Of a stretch of DNA of 64,000 nucleotides, positions 14,494 through 28,700 are shown piece by piece. Position numbers and translations under genes: made by a program. The notes beneath the pieces were generated by a model that was given only the letters and a program-made list of their open reading frames with translations, searched no databases and was not told the DNA's origin. The stretch comes from the human T2T-CHM13v2.0 reference genome, Homo sapiens. Within the stretch, counting starts at the first letter, position 1. Each line of letters begins with the position of its first letter. Location: the NCBI RefSeq assembly GCF_009914755.1, contig NC_060925.1. One strand, given 5' to 3'.

Positions 14494-16849
14494 CCCCCTA
14501 TTGTTTTCTTAAAACAAGCCGTTGACCAGCAGCTCTGGCCTCCATGTCCCCTTTGGCCTTTGTCTGTGGGTACATTAATGCCATTGGACAAGACCAAATG
14601 GCTCCTGGCTTCAGATCTCTCTAGGCCAATCTCACAGGATGAGTTTTTCTGCTCATCACATTCCTTCTTGGAGATATACTCCTCCCCGTTCTGATACTTC
14701 ATCATATGCCACACGGAAACAATAAGCTCCAGGTGCCCAGCAGCGCTGTGCGGTTACTCCGCTGATCGTTAGAGTTAACGTCAGTGTAAAAGACAGCACC
14801 GCCACTGGGACTGCCTGGGCTTCCTGTCCAGTTATTTTTGTCTTCTGGCACAAAGGTGATTATCAGGTTCATTTTTTCTTAGCCTAGTTTAATACTGGTG
14901 ATTCATGGAGGACATGTTGATGTGAAAAGAACAGGAAATTTATCCTTGAAAATTCAGCTCTGACATAGCCTTCTCTAGAAAGATGCCTGTTTTCTTACAC
15001 CTAAGCTTGGGTTGCCCTTGTGAGATACTTAGCAGTAGAGACTACATCTGCTTTCCCTGAATCCCTACCTTCAATAGTGCCCAGGCCAAAACTAGGCCCT
15101 CAGTAAGTGCTGAAGGAATGAATGAATGAATTTGGAAGGAAAGACTTGGGGCTCCACTTAATCTCTCTGGACTTTGTAACACGGGAGTTGTTAATATCTG
15201 TGTCACAGAGCTGTTGTCACATCAAACGAAATGTCTCTAAAATCCGTTTGTGAACTGGGAAATCATTTGCATATCTTATAAATGTTTGGAAATGCTTTTT
15301 GAGTGAAAGATTTTTTATTTTATCTTATGTATAGCTAGGTAAATAAAAGGACATTCCACTTATTACTATGGGTAAACTTGCTTTTTGTGTAACTTTAATT
15401 CTTCTCCAGGAGGAGGTGATCATGAAGAAATAATGAGGTGAAAAGCTGAATCCTTCATGAAGCCAGTGTGATGACCCATGAGGGGCTTAATAAATATATA
15501 GTCGAGCACTTCACTTACCTATTTTGAGAAAATGCATCACACATTTTATTGGAAAATTACTTGTTACATTTTGTGCTTCCTATTTCTAAAGATTTGGGAG
15601 ACTGTGGAAAGTGCATATTACCACATAGGGAACTGTTATGCCTCTCTTCTTACAACTTAGAGGAAGGAATATTTTTGCAAGAGTTATGGCCCATAGCTGG
15701 ACAATATAACAATGCAAGTGGAGGAAAGGAATTGTGCAGATACCAAACGGCTCAACCCAGGGGTTGTGGCAGCCTCATTGGACAGTTTTGTCTATACCTT
15801 CTTTTCCCCAGGGAATTACCAAGAAGAGTGGAGGCCCCCTGCCACTAATTTTAAATCCTCCCTCCTCCCTGCCACACACACCTTTTCTCCTCCCTGCAGT
15901 GGATTTACACACATTTTGTGGGGCTGATTTAGCGAGCTCGTGGTTCTCATAATCTCCTTATAGAAGTGTATGCACATTAAGGGGACCTATTTAATAGACA
16001 CGGCTGCCTCTGTGAAAGAATGCTTTGTGGAAGGGAGCCTTTGTGTATTTCTCCATCTCAGCAGTTCCTGGGGCGCTTCCCAAGTCTCTCTGTCACCGAA
16101 TGGCAGAGCTGGGAAGGACCTGCTCCAGAATAATGGGAGGGAGCGGTGGGACAAGGGAGGGAGGAGGCGGCCAGCGTTGGAATGTGGAGACCAGGGTATT
16201 GGCACTTCAGAGCTGAGCATCTTAACATTTTCTCTTCTTACCCCCAGCTGGGGACTTTGCATTTGCAATGAGGGCCCCACTTCTCTGAGCCCTAGTGAAA
16301 GTGGATCACTTTAAGCCCACAACAATGGTGGCTTCTTATCCTCTTAGTTAATGCTTTAGATAACTTTTCTTTTAGACCAGGTAGGGGCTTGTAAAGTGGG
16401 ACTGTGGCTCTGGCCTTGCCTGGTAAGACACATGAAATTTTCTCATCTTTTCTAACTATCTTCCCTCCCCTGTTTTCTCTTAATTTGAAAGAAATCTCTG
16501 CATTGGTAAATGTGGACAAATCAAGCTGTGTTAGTGACATATCTCCAGCAGTTGTCACGGACGAGATTTATTTATATAGGATAGCAATTCTCGAGCTCCC
16601 CAACAACATCCCAAAGCTTTGGGATGGTTCTAACGACAAAGAATTTACATTTCTCTTTCTTTAGTCTGATTTGGAAGCTCCAATCTAGAATTTAACCATG
16701 TAGTAGCTGCTTTTATTTGCTACCTGTTACCTACCAGTGAAACCACAAGGCTAGTGGAATTCTTTATTGCTTAAATTGACAGGATATGGTTGCTTAAATT
16801 GCTAGGAAAGGGGGGAAAATCTCCTAAGAACCACATTTTATTGGTAAGT

Positions 16850-17030
16850 AGAACTTAAAATAGTGCTCACTTTTTTTAGTGTTTTTTATGTGCCAGGCAT
16901 TATGCTAAGGGTTAGAGTTCTATTTCTAATGCAGATAGCTACTAGTTTCAGAAAGAGAAATGACTTATCTAAGATGTGAAAGCCACGAAGTGGTAGATGT
17001 GGGGTTGAAACCCATGTCAGCTTCTGCTTG
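16850..17030 (-). mobile_element. MIR
   Basis: tatgtgccaggcattatgctaag...gggttgaaacccatgtc. Confidence 0.55.
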
Positions 17031-19851
17031 AGCACTTAGGATTATTACATTAATTGATTCAGCATTTAGTGAGCCCCATAATATTTGCTGTTGGCATAAA
17101 TCTTGTTTCTTTGTGTAGTGGTCTCTTTGTGTGGGGGGCTCTGGAGAATATGGGCATGGGTTATGAGAGGAACTGGTATTAGTTACAGTTCGGTCAACAG
17201 GAAATACTTTACAGATCCAGTGGTTGAAAACACATTTGTTTAGATCATTCCTCTGTTCCAAGTAAGCATGTATTGGAAACCAACCTCCCCTCCCCTGCTT
17301 AGGGAGAATGGAATGTATGAATATATATAGAATTAATTTGAAAACTGGAAATGAATGAAAATGTAAAGTATTATTGTCATCATTATTAGAGGAAGAAAAA
17401 GAGAAAAGGAAAGAAAACCTGAGGATAGAATGCTAAATTCCAGCCTTAGGTAAGTTTATTACAGTATACAGTGTCTATGCTATATTCTGGAATTCTTTTC
17501 TCATGTATTAGGAAAAGCTCTCCTATATAATCTTAATTTATTTCTTTTTGACCTTCTCTGTTGAAATAAATGGCTACCATCTCTTCTTATGTACTTGAAA
17601 AACTAAGTTCTCCCTTATCTTCCAAGTGTGAATGACCACACAAAAGGGTATGTCCCCAATGTACTTGGTCTGTCTGCCTGGATTGAAGTTGGCAGATAAA
17701 CTTTGCCCTCAGTTCTTGATAGGGAGAGAGATGAAATGATAGATAAACATGGGCAGAAAGAGAGCAATACAGTGCTTTTTATTTGACTCCAAGCTAAGAG
17801 AATTACTTTTTTTTTTTTGACCCTTTTTGAACCTGAGTTGCTGTAATGAGTTTTCAAAGAGCCCTAGCACCAAAGTCCTCAAATTTCTTCATCTAAGCCT
17901 ACTTTTTTTTCTTCTTTTTCTTCAAGTTATGGCTGTGTCTCCTGCTTTTCCCATTTCTTCCCAGGCGTGTCTTTCACAAAGAAATACAACAAAAGTTGGA
18001 ATATCTAATCCATTAAAAGAAAAAAGAACATGTATGGACTTTTCTCCTTTGTTGGCTGGGACCTTGGTAGCTATATTTTCGTTTTATTATAATATATTTG
18101 ATTAGCTTTGAATGTGCTGCCAAAGGCAAGAGGGCACTTAATACCTTTGCATTTTATAATGATTTGTTTGCCAACCTGGCCCATGTCCCAGACAATGCAT
18201 CCTAGAACATGGGTGGTAGTGAAAGTGACTTGATGTATGTTTAGTGCTTATTTGAACTACATTCAGGCCTATCCTTTGAAATTTGTGGTGTATTTCACTT
18301 CTGGTAGTAGGCTCAAGGTTCTATAAAGGATGTCAAATTGTGCAAAATTGCCCCACCTCAGTCTTACTGAAAATATTTTGATTGCTTTTTAGCTTATTAT
18401 TAGTAGTAGTAATAGTTGTAGTATTTAAGTTCAGCCAACCTAGAATATTTAAGAGGAGATGTGCTGGAGTGTCAAGAAAAATCTAGTCATCTTTGAGGTA
18501 GGAAAAATTATTCTACATCTGGCCATATATATGATGAAGGCTTGAGCTAATAACTTAGCTTCTCTGTGCTAGTTTCCTCCTATAATCTAGTAAACAACCT
18601 TCCCAGTCTAATTTTCTAGGATTATTTGCTGACTCAAATTTTTCCAGTCTTGTAGCCAATGGCATCCCACTTGAGGTTCTTATCCTACTTGAAACTTATA
18701 GCTTACAAACTTCACAGCCTTTGGGTGAAACTAGAGTGTGTTCTACCTAACATGAAACTTAATAGTGGAGACGGTGCACTGGGAATTGAGAATAAGAATC
18801 TGTTAGAGAGGTGAAGTGAGTCAAAGTCTCTTCCAGCTGAGCCAACCTCGGAAAGCTTTATTTATGGGTCAATTTATGGGTCAATGAAGTCACATGACAT
18901 GGACTGCCTTCCTACAGGACACTCGTGCATGGAAGCCCAATTTCCTCAAAACCTAGATTTTCCTTAGAAGTTGTCTCAAAAAAAAAAAAAAAAGAAAGAA
19001 AAAGAAAAAAGAAAGCTTTGCCTAAGTGGTTTCCTGTCCTTAAGGTTTCCATGGAGAGAACATTTTCAAGATTAAAGGAGTCTAGCTGTCATTTTTAACC
19101 CGAGGGGTCTTCAGATTTATGTTTCAAAGCAGGGTGGGAATTTGGTCCTTAAAAAAAAAAAATCATGTTTACTTTTTCTTCAAAAAAATGCCGAGGAATT
19201 AGCCCATTGGCTACTGATTATTAGCTTTGCAGTAAAAAAAGAGTGAGAAAGAGACATAGTCTGTAATTTTATAGTGCCTCCAACACTAAAATGAAGGCAG
19301 AGCTTTTTTCTTTCTGCCAAGGATGCTACAGGGCTTTGATTTGCAGTGGTCATCCTTTGATTATCCAGTCACTCGGCTAACATTTTTTCAGTCCCTACTC
19401 TGTGCTTCCATCGTGCCTTGGGAGGCTTTAGGGTAGATAAAGAAAAGGACACAGGCCTTGCATCTGCTTATTGTGCTTGTGGGCTGGGGGAAATAAAGAC
19501 AGTCCTTCCTAGTTTTGAAATTTCACTTTCAATTAATTATAGCCAGCAATGGTTGGCAAGGAAAGTAGGGAAAGATGGAAGAGCCCCTTAACCAGAAAGA
19601 ATTAGGAGATTTCAAGGCCTGTTGAAATTAATGTGATGGTTATGAGAACTGCAGCTATTTGGAGTCATATAGTTCAGGAAAAAAAATACCCCAGAGAGAG
19701 CCAGGAATCAGCAGGCATTAAACCCTGGCTTGTTCTCCTGGTAAATGAGTCAGCCTCTGGCGGGAATATAATCAAAATAACAACAGGACACATCAGCATA
19801 TCAAAAAGGGGCAGAGGGAGTTTATCAGGGGCCAAGAGTGAGCACAGACTA

Positions 19852-20289
<438 letters not shown>

Positions 20290-21629
20290 TTAAACAAGAG
20301 GTTCACCAAAGCTCGGAGAGAGCTACCAGAGAGAAGGCATAGGGGACTCACAACAGCATATAGATGCTAACTCATGCAACTTGTAAAATCACTCATGTAC
20401 AGTACCAAATACAGTGCGTGCTCCAGCATATTAGAACTACTTATTCTCTTTATTTTTTCACTATTCGAAACTGAAATACTGTGTTTTCTAAAACATTTAG
20501 TTTAAAACTGTATTTGATTATATTCCTTGTATCATCATATTTCTGAGATTTTTAAAGTTTACTGCATCTTTACTTTTGTGCAGGGAGGCGCCTTCCTTAT
20601 AGAAGGAATCTGAAGCTCAGCGCAATGTGGCTTCTTGCCCATGTTTGCTGAAATAACTCGTGATGGGGCCTAGATGAAAAGCTCAGTTTCATGACTTTTG
20701 ATCCAGTGGCACTTCTACCACACTACAGCATCTCTCAGTATTTGAAATGTGAAAAAAGATTGAGTCTCAAGCCCCAGCTTCTTGGTTTTCAAGTCTTGCA
20801 TGCAGAGTCTTAATTTCAAATACTTCTTGATATTCTGATCTCTTGTCTCTCTATCAGGACTGACATCTACAACTCAGTTGTCTACTCTGTCTCCTATTCT
20901 TGAGTAAGGTGTTGACTACCTTGCTGGGCTGACTTGGTGGTTTCCCCTGGGAAAATGACCAGAAAGAAAGTGCAATAATCGTGTGCTTAAAGTACATTGG
21001 TCATTTCTCTCTTTGCAACTTGCAGAATGGAGAACCATCTAAAACAGTATTAATTATTTCAGCCTTGCTGTAGCCAGTCTTCCTAGATTTATTAAATAGA
21101 ACTGATTTCCCAGTTAGTTTGGGGTAGTATACATTCTTGAAGTAGTGCTGACCAGCTGCGAACTGGACAGCATTCTGATACAGCGGCTCCAGCATCTCGT
21201 ATCAGCAATCTCCAGGTGTCTTGATGTTTCTTGAAGTCATGACAAGCCTCTGGACACGGTGTTTTACCAGCAGCATTTTGTACAACTGTTGGTTGTTTTT
21301 CCCAGACTGGATGATGTTTATCATGTTAGAGGACTTGACCAGCCCCTTATGGGCTGATTCTTATCAGTTTTCTTCACCATTGCGTTAAAGGCACCTAAGC
21401 CTCCATAAAATTGGATTCTAGCAACTGGAACAATACGCTTCCTTAGTTCACTGCATTCATGTTCAAAACTGTTTGCCAGTACACAAAATCAGTGACTGAA
21501 ACTCAATGGCAGAAGACAGGCCAGAAAGGAGTCTGCCACACACTTTGCAAAACATGCAACCCTAGGGAGCTCAGTAGAACTTTTGCCTGAGAAGTTAAGA
21601 GTATGATTGTATTAGGAGATGGTGAAACT

Positions 21630-22075
21630 CAGAGCTTCTTATTCTGGGCTCCGCAGAATTCAAGGAGTCGGTGAACTTGATGAGGAAAAAAATTACAACA
21701 CAAACCTCTAACTAAAATCTATCATTTCTTTCCATTACATTGCAGACAACAGAGCCTAACAGTATTAGCAGCCCATGGAGAACTTTATCACAGAAACAAA
21801 TATTTCATATATAATTGTAGATTTCTACAGATAACTTGAAATGGCATAATCTTCAGTACTTTGAAATTACAGTAGTTGTTAGACCCATCATTAGAGATGT
21901 TGTTGATTAATAATAAAGAAGCACATATTACTATGTTACAGCTTTAAAAAATTATAGTGGGTGTTCTTTACAATCTTGTGTGTTTTATGCATTTAAACAT
22001 ATGATTCTGGGAGATTCTCATACTTCACTGCCCTGTCCCTGAGCTGTGTAACACAGAAGAAGCTAAGAACACCTG
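21630..22075 (+). mobile_element. Charlie4a-like hAT transposon fossil
   Basis: ggtgaacttgatgaggaaaaaaattaca, tactttgaaattacagtagttgttagacc, taataaagaagcacata, ctaagaacacctg; orientation relative to the consensus is from memory. Confidence 0.75.
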
Positions 22076-22079
22076 GCTG

Positions 22080-22380
22080 AGGATAGGCTGTGGTAACAAA
22101 TGAATCCTTATTATTTCAGTGATTCTACACATCTTTCTGGTTTAATATGTCTTCTAAGGATTGATGTGGCCTTCTTCTATCTTGAGATGTTACCATCTCA
22201 AACTGTGACGTTAAGATTTGCCTCAAGAGGGCAAGAGAGGCATGGAGAGCTCACCCTCATTCATGTAGGCTTTGGCTGGGTAATGACACAGGTTACTTCT
22301 GATCAGCCCATTGGCCATGACTGGTCACATGACTCCACCTACCTGCAAGGGAGCTGGAGTCTATGGGAGAGCACTTGAGA
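22080..22380 (-). mobile_element. MLT1K/L-like MaLR LTR
   Basis: gctgtggtaacaaa...cccattggccatgactggtcacatgactccacctacctgcaagggagctgg. Confidence 0.65.
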
Positions 22381-22684
22381 ATTCCAGTAGGCAGCATACA
22401 CATACCTGTTTCACAATGGTATGTTTTTCATTTGCCAGTAGTGTTTGGCCTTGTGTCTTCAACATATGTGCCTGTTGGGAATGAAGTTTTTGGTGTTGCA
22501 AAAAAAGAATGCCTTTTTATAATCTTCGAAGAACTTTCCCATTTCTCACATGCCTAATAAATATCTATGTTCTAAATAGTATCCTTGATTGGGCATGCAA
22601 ACAAAACAAATGAAACCCAGAATAGAACTTTCATAAAATCCAGTATTTAAGTTCATACACAAATTATAAGAATTAACCTACTGC

Positions 22685-23194
<510 letters not shown>

Positions 23195-24631
23195 TTAACC
23201 TATTGCTATGCAGATAGTAACAGTTTATTATAATTATTATATAATTAAGCTACTTCTTGCAAATGTGAAGATTCTCTATTCCCTCCTCCTGCATTTTAAT
23301 ACAGAAGAAATTAAGAGGAAAGTGCAATGAACTTACTACCATTATATTTTCTAGGAAATAAGTGAAAAGAAAAATAGTTATAGCCAGAATAATAAAGTGG
23401 TTTTGATACACTGACTATTTCTTGCCTCTCTTGGAGTTCACAACCTCTCCCTCTACCAGCTCTATCTTTATTTTATGTATCATTTCTCTCGGGATAAAAC
23501 CAACTTCACTCATCATGACCAGAGGCCTTCCAGTCAGATTGGCAGCTGTATTCTTGGATTTATTTTAGTCTAGGTTCCCCTCTTTGAACTGATTTATGCC
23601 TTTTTGTGTTGATGCCTTCAGCAGTTAATTTCATAGTTTAACTACTTTTTCTATAAGAAAATACTATCTGAACAGTTTCTAGAAATTACATCTTCTTCTG
23701 GCAAAAACTGCTTCTGGTGAAATTACTTCTACTTCTGGTGTTTTTGTGCACAAAAATACCAAACCATAGTAAGTGTAATACAAACACCTTGAAATACTAC
23801 CTACCAGTACCTTTCTCTCTGCAAGGTGCAGAAGGATGGCTATTCCACTTTCTTCCAAGGCTGATGAAAAAGAAATGGAAGTGACTTCCACTTGAAAATC
23901 ATCAGCTCCATCTCACTTTGAATAAAACACAGTTGATCTTTTAGGGGCTTACGTGTAGATTTGAGCCTGGCCTAGATGCCTCTTTGCTGGCACCTATTAA
24001 ATAAACAGAGTAATTAAATGATAGGTAAAAGGTCTAGAACTCAGGTGTCATTACTGAAAAGTGTTCTCTTTTTCCCCTTCACTTTCTTCTCCATAGAAAT
24101 TCCCCAACAGCAAGTTGGATATGATAGAAGACTTAGCTTTACTTTACATAATATTTAAGGTTAATTGTTTTTGGATGTTTTCCCAGTTGTTGTTGTTTTT
24201 AAAGGCTAAGGAAAAGAAGCAACAGAGATTTTTCCTTGTTTTGAATAGAGAAGACATATAACAACTTAAACAGGACAGAAAACATTGCAAGTAGATGCCT
24301 TTCCCACAATGGAGCTGTGAACTTATCCTGTAATGTACACTTCATAGCTGTCTTATTTGAGCAAATCCTCCTGAGCCCTAAAATTGATTTGTTGTATTGC
24401 TTCCACATTTTTTGCCAACAGTTATTTAGACAGAGCTGAACATATTAAACACTGGTTGAGTTCCCCATTGTCCTGTCTGGCACTCTGTTTCCATCCATAA
24501 TGTACACTGGTGTACATTAGATCACTGAGGGGCTCATTATTACTGAATTCCAGCCACGACTTCATTCCTAAAAAACACATGTGCCTGCTTGGTATTGCTT
24601 GTAAGCTTTAAGCTCTACTTTTCCCTCTCTC

Positions 24632-24683
24632 TGTGTGTGTATGTGTATGTGCATGCATCTATGTGTGTGTGTGTGCATGTGTG
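24632..24683. repeat. Degenerate (TG)n
   Basis: Directly visible. Confidence 0.85.
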
Positions 24684-26138
24684 TTGTTTTCAGATAATAG
24701 GTACAGCATAAAATCTTTTTAGATTATAATTTTTGTTTCTATTGCACATTCTCTTATGGTGGGGGAATTTCAGGTTAAAAAGGAAAATACCAACTCTGTC
24801 TAATTAATGTCAAAATTTAGGTGAAGTAGGTGAGGAGAGGTTGAAAATTTGTGGTAAGTAGAAGAGTATGAATAAAGTTAACTGCAATTAAAACCACTTA
24901 ACCTGTAGTTACATTTCCCAAACCCAAGTGGCAGCCTTAAAACTGACCACTGAATTATGGAAACTGAACGGAAAAAGGCTTTGTTTCATTGCATCGAAGT
25001 ATTTTTCTTTTCCCATTTTGGGTGCATTGATCTCCCTGTATTCCCTGGGGTTGCTGGAAAAACTTGGTCAAAAAGGATAATTACTTTTTTTATTTAGTTG
25101 CATGCTCTTCAAAAGGCAACAGCAAGTATTCATTAATTTCCATCTGATAGAGCCGAACTTTTTTTTGTGGTTAAACAATTGAAACAGGAAATGACCCAAG
25201 ATACAGTTTCCATGACACCCTGTCACTTGGATCCAGTTTTCCAGAAGATGAAAGACCAAAGCCGGCTTTTGATAGTGAGTAACTAATTGGACTGGCTGAT
25301 AGTGGGAGTTTTTTAATGTGAAAAATAAAGGAGAAAAAACTGGAACAGCTGTGTTTTGGTACAGTTGTCTAATCCCCAGATAAAACACTCCAAGGACATT
25401 GAAATTGAATAATGCCTTTAGTTAAGGGGAAAAATCTAAAATCTGTCAAAGCACTGGTTTACTTTAGAGAAAATACAGAATATATTTACATGGAAAAGCC
25501 AAAACAAAACAAAACAAAACTCCAAAAATTTACAGAGCCAAGATACTAAGTCATGCCTTTTAGGAATCATCTTTGTTCATACAAAGTATGATTTCATATT
25601 TTTAAGATGAATTCTTACATGTGAATAAAGAGAGTACTTGCTAGACTACTTTTTCGGTCAACATTTTCAAATGCTGTGTAGCATGGTGGGTAGACCTGAA
25701 GAGTTTTGTTAGAAGGATGAAAAAGTTTTGTTTAACTCATGTTAAACAATTTGAGGCATACAGTTAGAAGTGTTTTTACTGATGATCCCCCCCATACATA
25801 CATAAATGTAGGTTCCAATTGTTTATATTTTGTAGAGCTTCTTTAGAGAATTAAATGTGAATAAGCCAGGGATTTGTTAGACTAATGGGTAAAACTTCCT
25901 GTATACTAATGGGGAGATCATTGTTTTGGGCTCTAATTCTAGGCCTTGCTAGCCATCAGCATAGTGACCTGTGACGCTGTTTCCCTTCCTTTTGTAAATG
26001 AAGAGGTTGGGGATAGTCCTTATATAATAGCTCTTGTCATTCTGCCTACTTTGGAAATGTAGGACAAGCACTGACCTCTTCTAATATAAAGGTAATCCTG
26101 GTGGACACAATGGAGATGCACATGAAAAGGTGAAAATA

Positions 26139-26434
26139 TTTTTATTTTTTTGAGACAGGGTCTCACTCTGTCACCAAGGCTGGAGTGCAGTGGTGCAATT
26201 ATGGCTCACTGTAACCCCCACCTCCTGGGCTCTAGCGATCCTCCCACCTCAGGCTCCCAAGTAGCTAGGACTACTGGCGTGTGCTACCATGCCTGGCTAA
26301 TTTTTGTATTTTTTGCAGACATGGGGTTTTGCCATGTTGCCCAAGATGATCTCAAACTCCTAAGCTCAAACCATCCCACCTGCCTTGTCTTCCCAAAGTG
26401 CTGGGATTACAGGCATGAGCCACTGCACCCAGCT
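26139..26434 (-). mobile_element. AluJ
   Basis: Full dimer with J-type gggctctagcgatcctcccacc; TSD tgaaaatatt / tgaaaatgtc. Confidence 0.93.
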
Positions 26435-27529
26435 GCTGAAAATGTCTTAAAAGGAGAAGACACCTATTTTACTTAAATGTGACACAACATTTAATCACTG
26501 GAACTTAATGGTATGCATTAGAACTGTTTCTTGAGGAACACAGTCTCTGACTTAATGAATTTTCTAGCAAGTCTCAACCTTTCTCTTTTGGGTGTACCAG
26601 AATTCTCTCGTCAGTTTTCCATTAGTTGGATTTACCTGTTGGGTTTAATTCTTTCATTTTGTATATAGGTACCTCTGCTTGGTTTCATTTTGCTTTCCTA
26701 AGCAAGGGAGTAGAAACAGATGTTAAGACTGAAATTCTACTATATTTAGGAAGAATAAATAAATATATCTTCCACTATGGTATAATGGAAAGATATACTG
26801 ACCTGGGCATACTCATGGGCAACGTACCTGTTGTAAATCCCCTCCTTTGCAAATTGTACCTACTTTGAGGTGGACTGCAAGTTCTATGAGGCCTGGGACC
26901 TCCCTGCAACCCTTTTACAAAGCCGGCAGTGTAGTGCTATCTATGCCTATCTGATTGAGACACTGATCAGATGTTTGAATGGATTGTGAAGACGGTGCGA
27001 GGATGTACACCAGGAGCACACAGTGGCTGTTCAAGAAATGGTGATAGTTTTTGTTTATATTTTCATTTCCATGAATTGATATTTTGATATTGATAACAGC
27101 AGTCTTTGAGACCAAGACTTCCAAACTTTTTTATGGAAATAATTTTTTTCTTCCTCACCCAGAAGAACATTTATTTTCTGGATGTAGTTCAGATTTCTTC
27201 TAAACTTTATCTCACTTGGTGTGAAACTAGAGGTATAGAGGTAACTTTTTATTATACCACCACCCAATTTTAAGCTCCGGATGACCGTGCAGGAACTGCT
27301 TTTGTTTTCCCAAGGCCACCATCCCCAGTGCAGATGGAAAGGAACAAGATACAGGAGGGCAGTCAAGAGCCTCTGGGGAGCCCCTGTACTGGTACCTGCT
27401 CAGCCCCGGGAGCCACAGGCATTACTGTCAGGGTGGCTGTCTCCTTATTGCTCGTCTTGCAACTGTCACTATGCTGCGAGGTCTGGAGGGGAGGGGAGGG
27501 GAGGGGACATTCCTCCTGCTGCACCCTTG

Positions 27530-28110
27530 GAGGCTGCGGGCTTTCCTGGGCCTCGGAGAGCGGCTCAGCGAAGGCCCTCAGCTCAGGAGCCTGATTAGGT
27601 GCATAAAATCGCTGTAGCCAGAAGGGACCTCCCCGCCCCCGGGCCGCGCCCCGCCCCGCCCCCTCCTCTGGGGCACACCCCGCCCCGCCGCCCCTCCCCC
27701 TCCCTGGACACACCCTATGCCGCCGTTCCTCCCCCTCCCTGGGCGAACCCCAACACCTCCACCTCTTCCCCCTCCCTGGGCGCACCCCATCCACGCCCGA
27801 CCATCCCCCTGGACCCCGCCGCCCCTCCCCCTCTTGGCTGCGCCCCGCCCCGCCTTCCGGGCGCCCTCCTTCCCCGGTCTGCCTTCTCCCTGACCCTCCT
27901 CCCGGTCGCCAGGACCCCGCGGCCCGCGAGGCAGCTCTTTGTTCCCCGGCCTCGCCCCGCCCCGCCCCGCCCCGCCCCGCCGGGTCCCCCGCTTCGTCCC
28001 CGGCCGCCCGCTTGTCTTTCCCCTCGCTGTTCTGCCCTTTGTCTTCCACGCCTGCCCCTTCAACTCCTCTTGCCCTGCAAACCCCGGGTCGCCACCTCCA
28101 CATCCCTTCC
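27530..28110. promoter_or_regulatory. Small CpG island with many GC boxes (alternative promoter or enhancer)
   Basis: Very GC- and CpG-rich non-Alu segment; many CCCGCCCC / CCCCTCCC Sp/KLF motifs; strong C skew on +. Confidence 0.8.
27953..27981. repeat. (CCCGC)n pentamer, about 5.8 copies
   Basis: cgccccgccccgccccgccccgccccgcc. Confidence 0.95.
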
Positions 28111-28424
28111 ACTTCTACCTGCCTGCCTTGGCCTGCATTTTATTTTCAACCAAGGTTGAAATGGTAGCCCCACGCAAAATCCGATGGTGTGTGGAGGAAC
28201 TGCCCAGTCATTGCAGTCTGCACGCCTTCTTAAGTGCCAGATGCGAGCAAGGCCGACCAGGAACTGCCGATGGGCTTCACCTGTCAGACTGGACTGCCAC
28301 CTGCCACACATTCATTGAACTTTCAATAAGCACTGCCGCTGTGCTTGGCGTTTTGCTGGGCTCCAGAAATAAAAAATTCAGAGAGGCCAAAGTTCTTCAG
28401 GGATGCAGACAGGTGATAGAACCA

Positions 28425-28700
28425 TCATTTATTGAGCACTTGCTAAGTGCTAAATACTCTTACCTGCGTTATCTTGTGTAATCCTCACAACCACACTCAA
28501 CGACGGCCTATTGAATGCTCTCTAGGTGTCTGGCAGTGTTCCAAACAGTTTATGTGTATTACTTTGTTTGATCTTCCCAACCACCAATGAGGTAAGTACT
28601 GTTATTTTAATGCAGAGGAGGATTATGGAGGGACAGAGATTAAATGACTCAGAGCCACATGCTCATGACAGCAGAGCCAGGAGTCAAAACCAGGCAGGTT
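28425..28700 (-). mobile_element. MIR fragments
   Basis: catttattgagcacttgctaagtgc, taatcctcacaacc, acagagattaaatgact, gcagagccagga. Confidence 0.7.

Noticed and set aside
27363-28481. Long overlapping ORFs (249, 161, 186, 180 aa) over the CpG island
   Set aside because: Low-complexity Gly/Arg/Pro-rich frames open on both strands because GC-rich DNA lacks stop codons; no recognisable domain.
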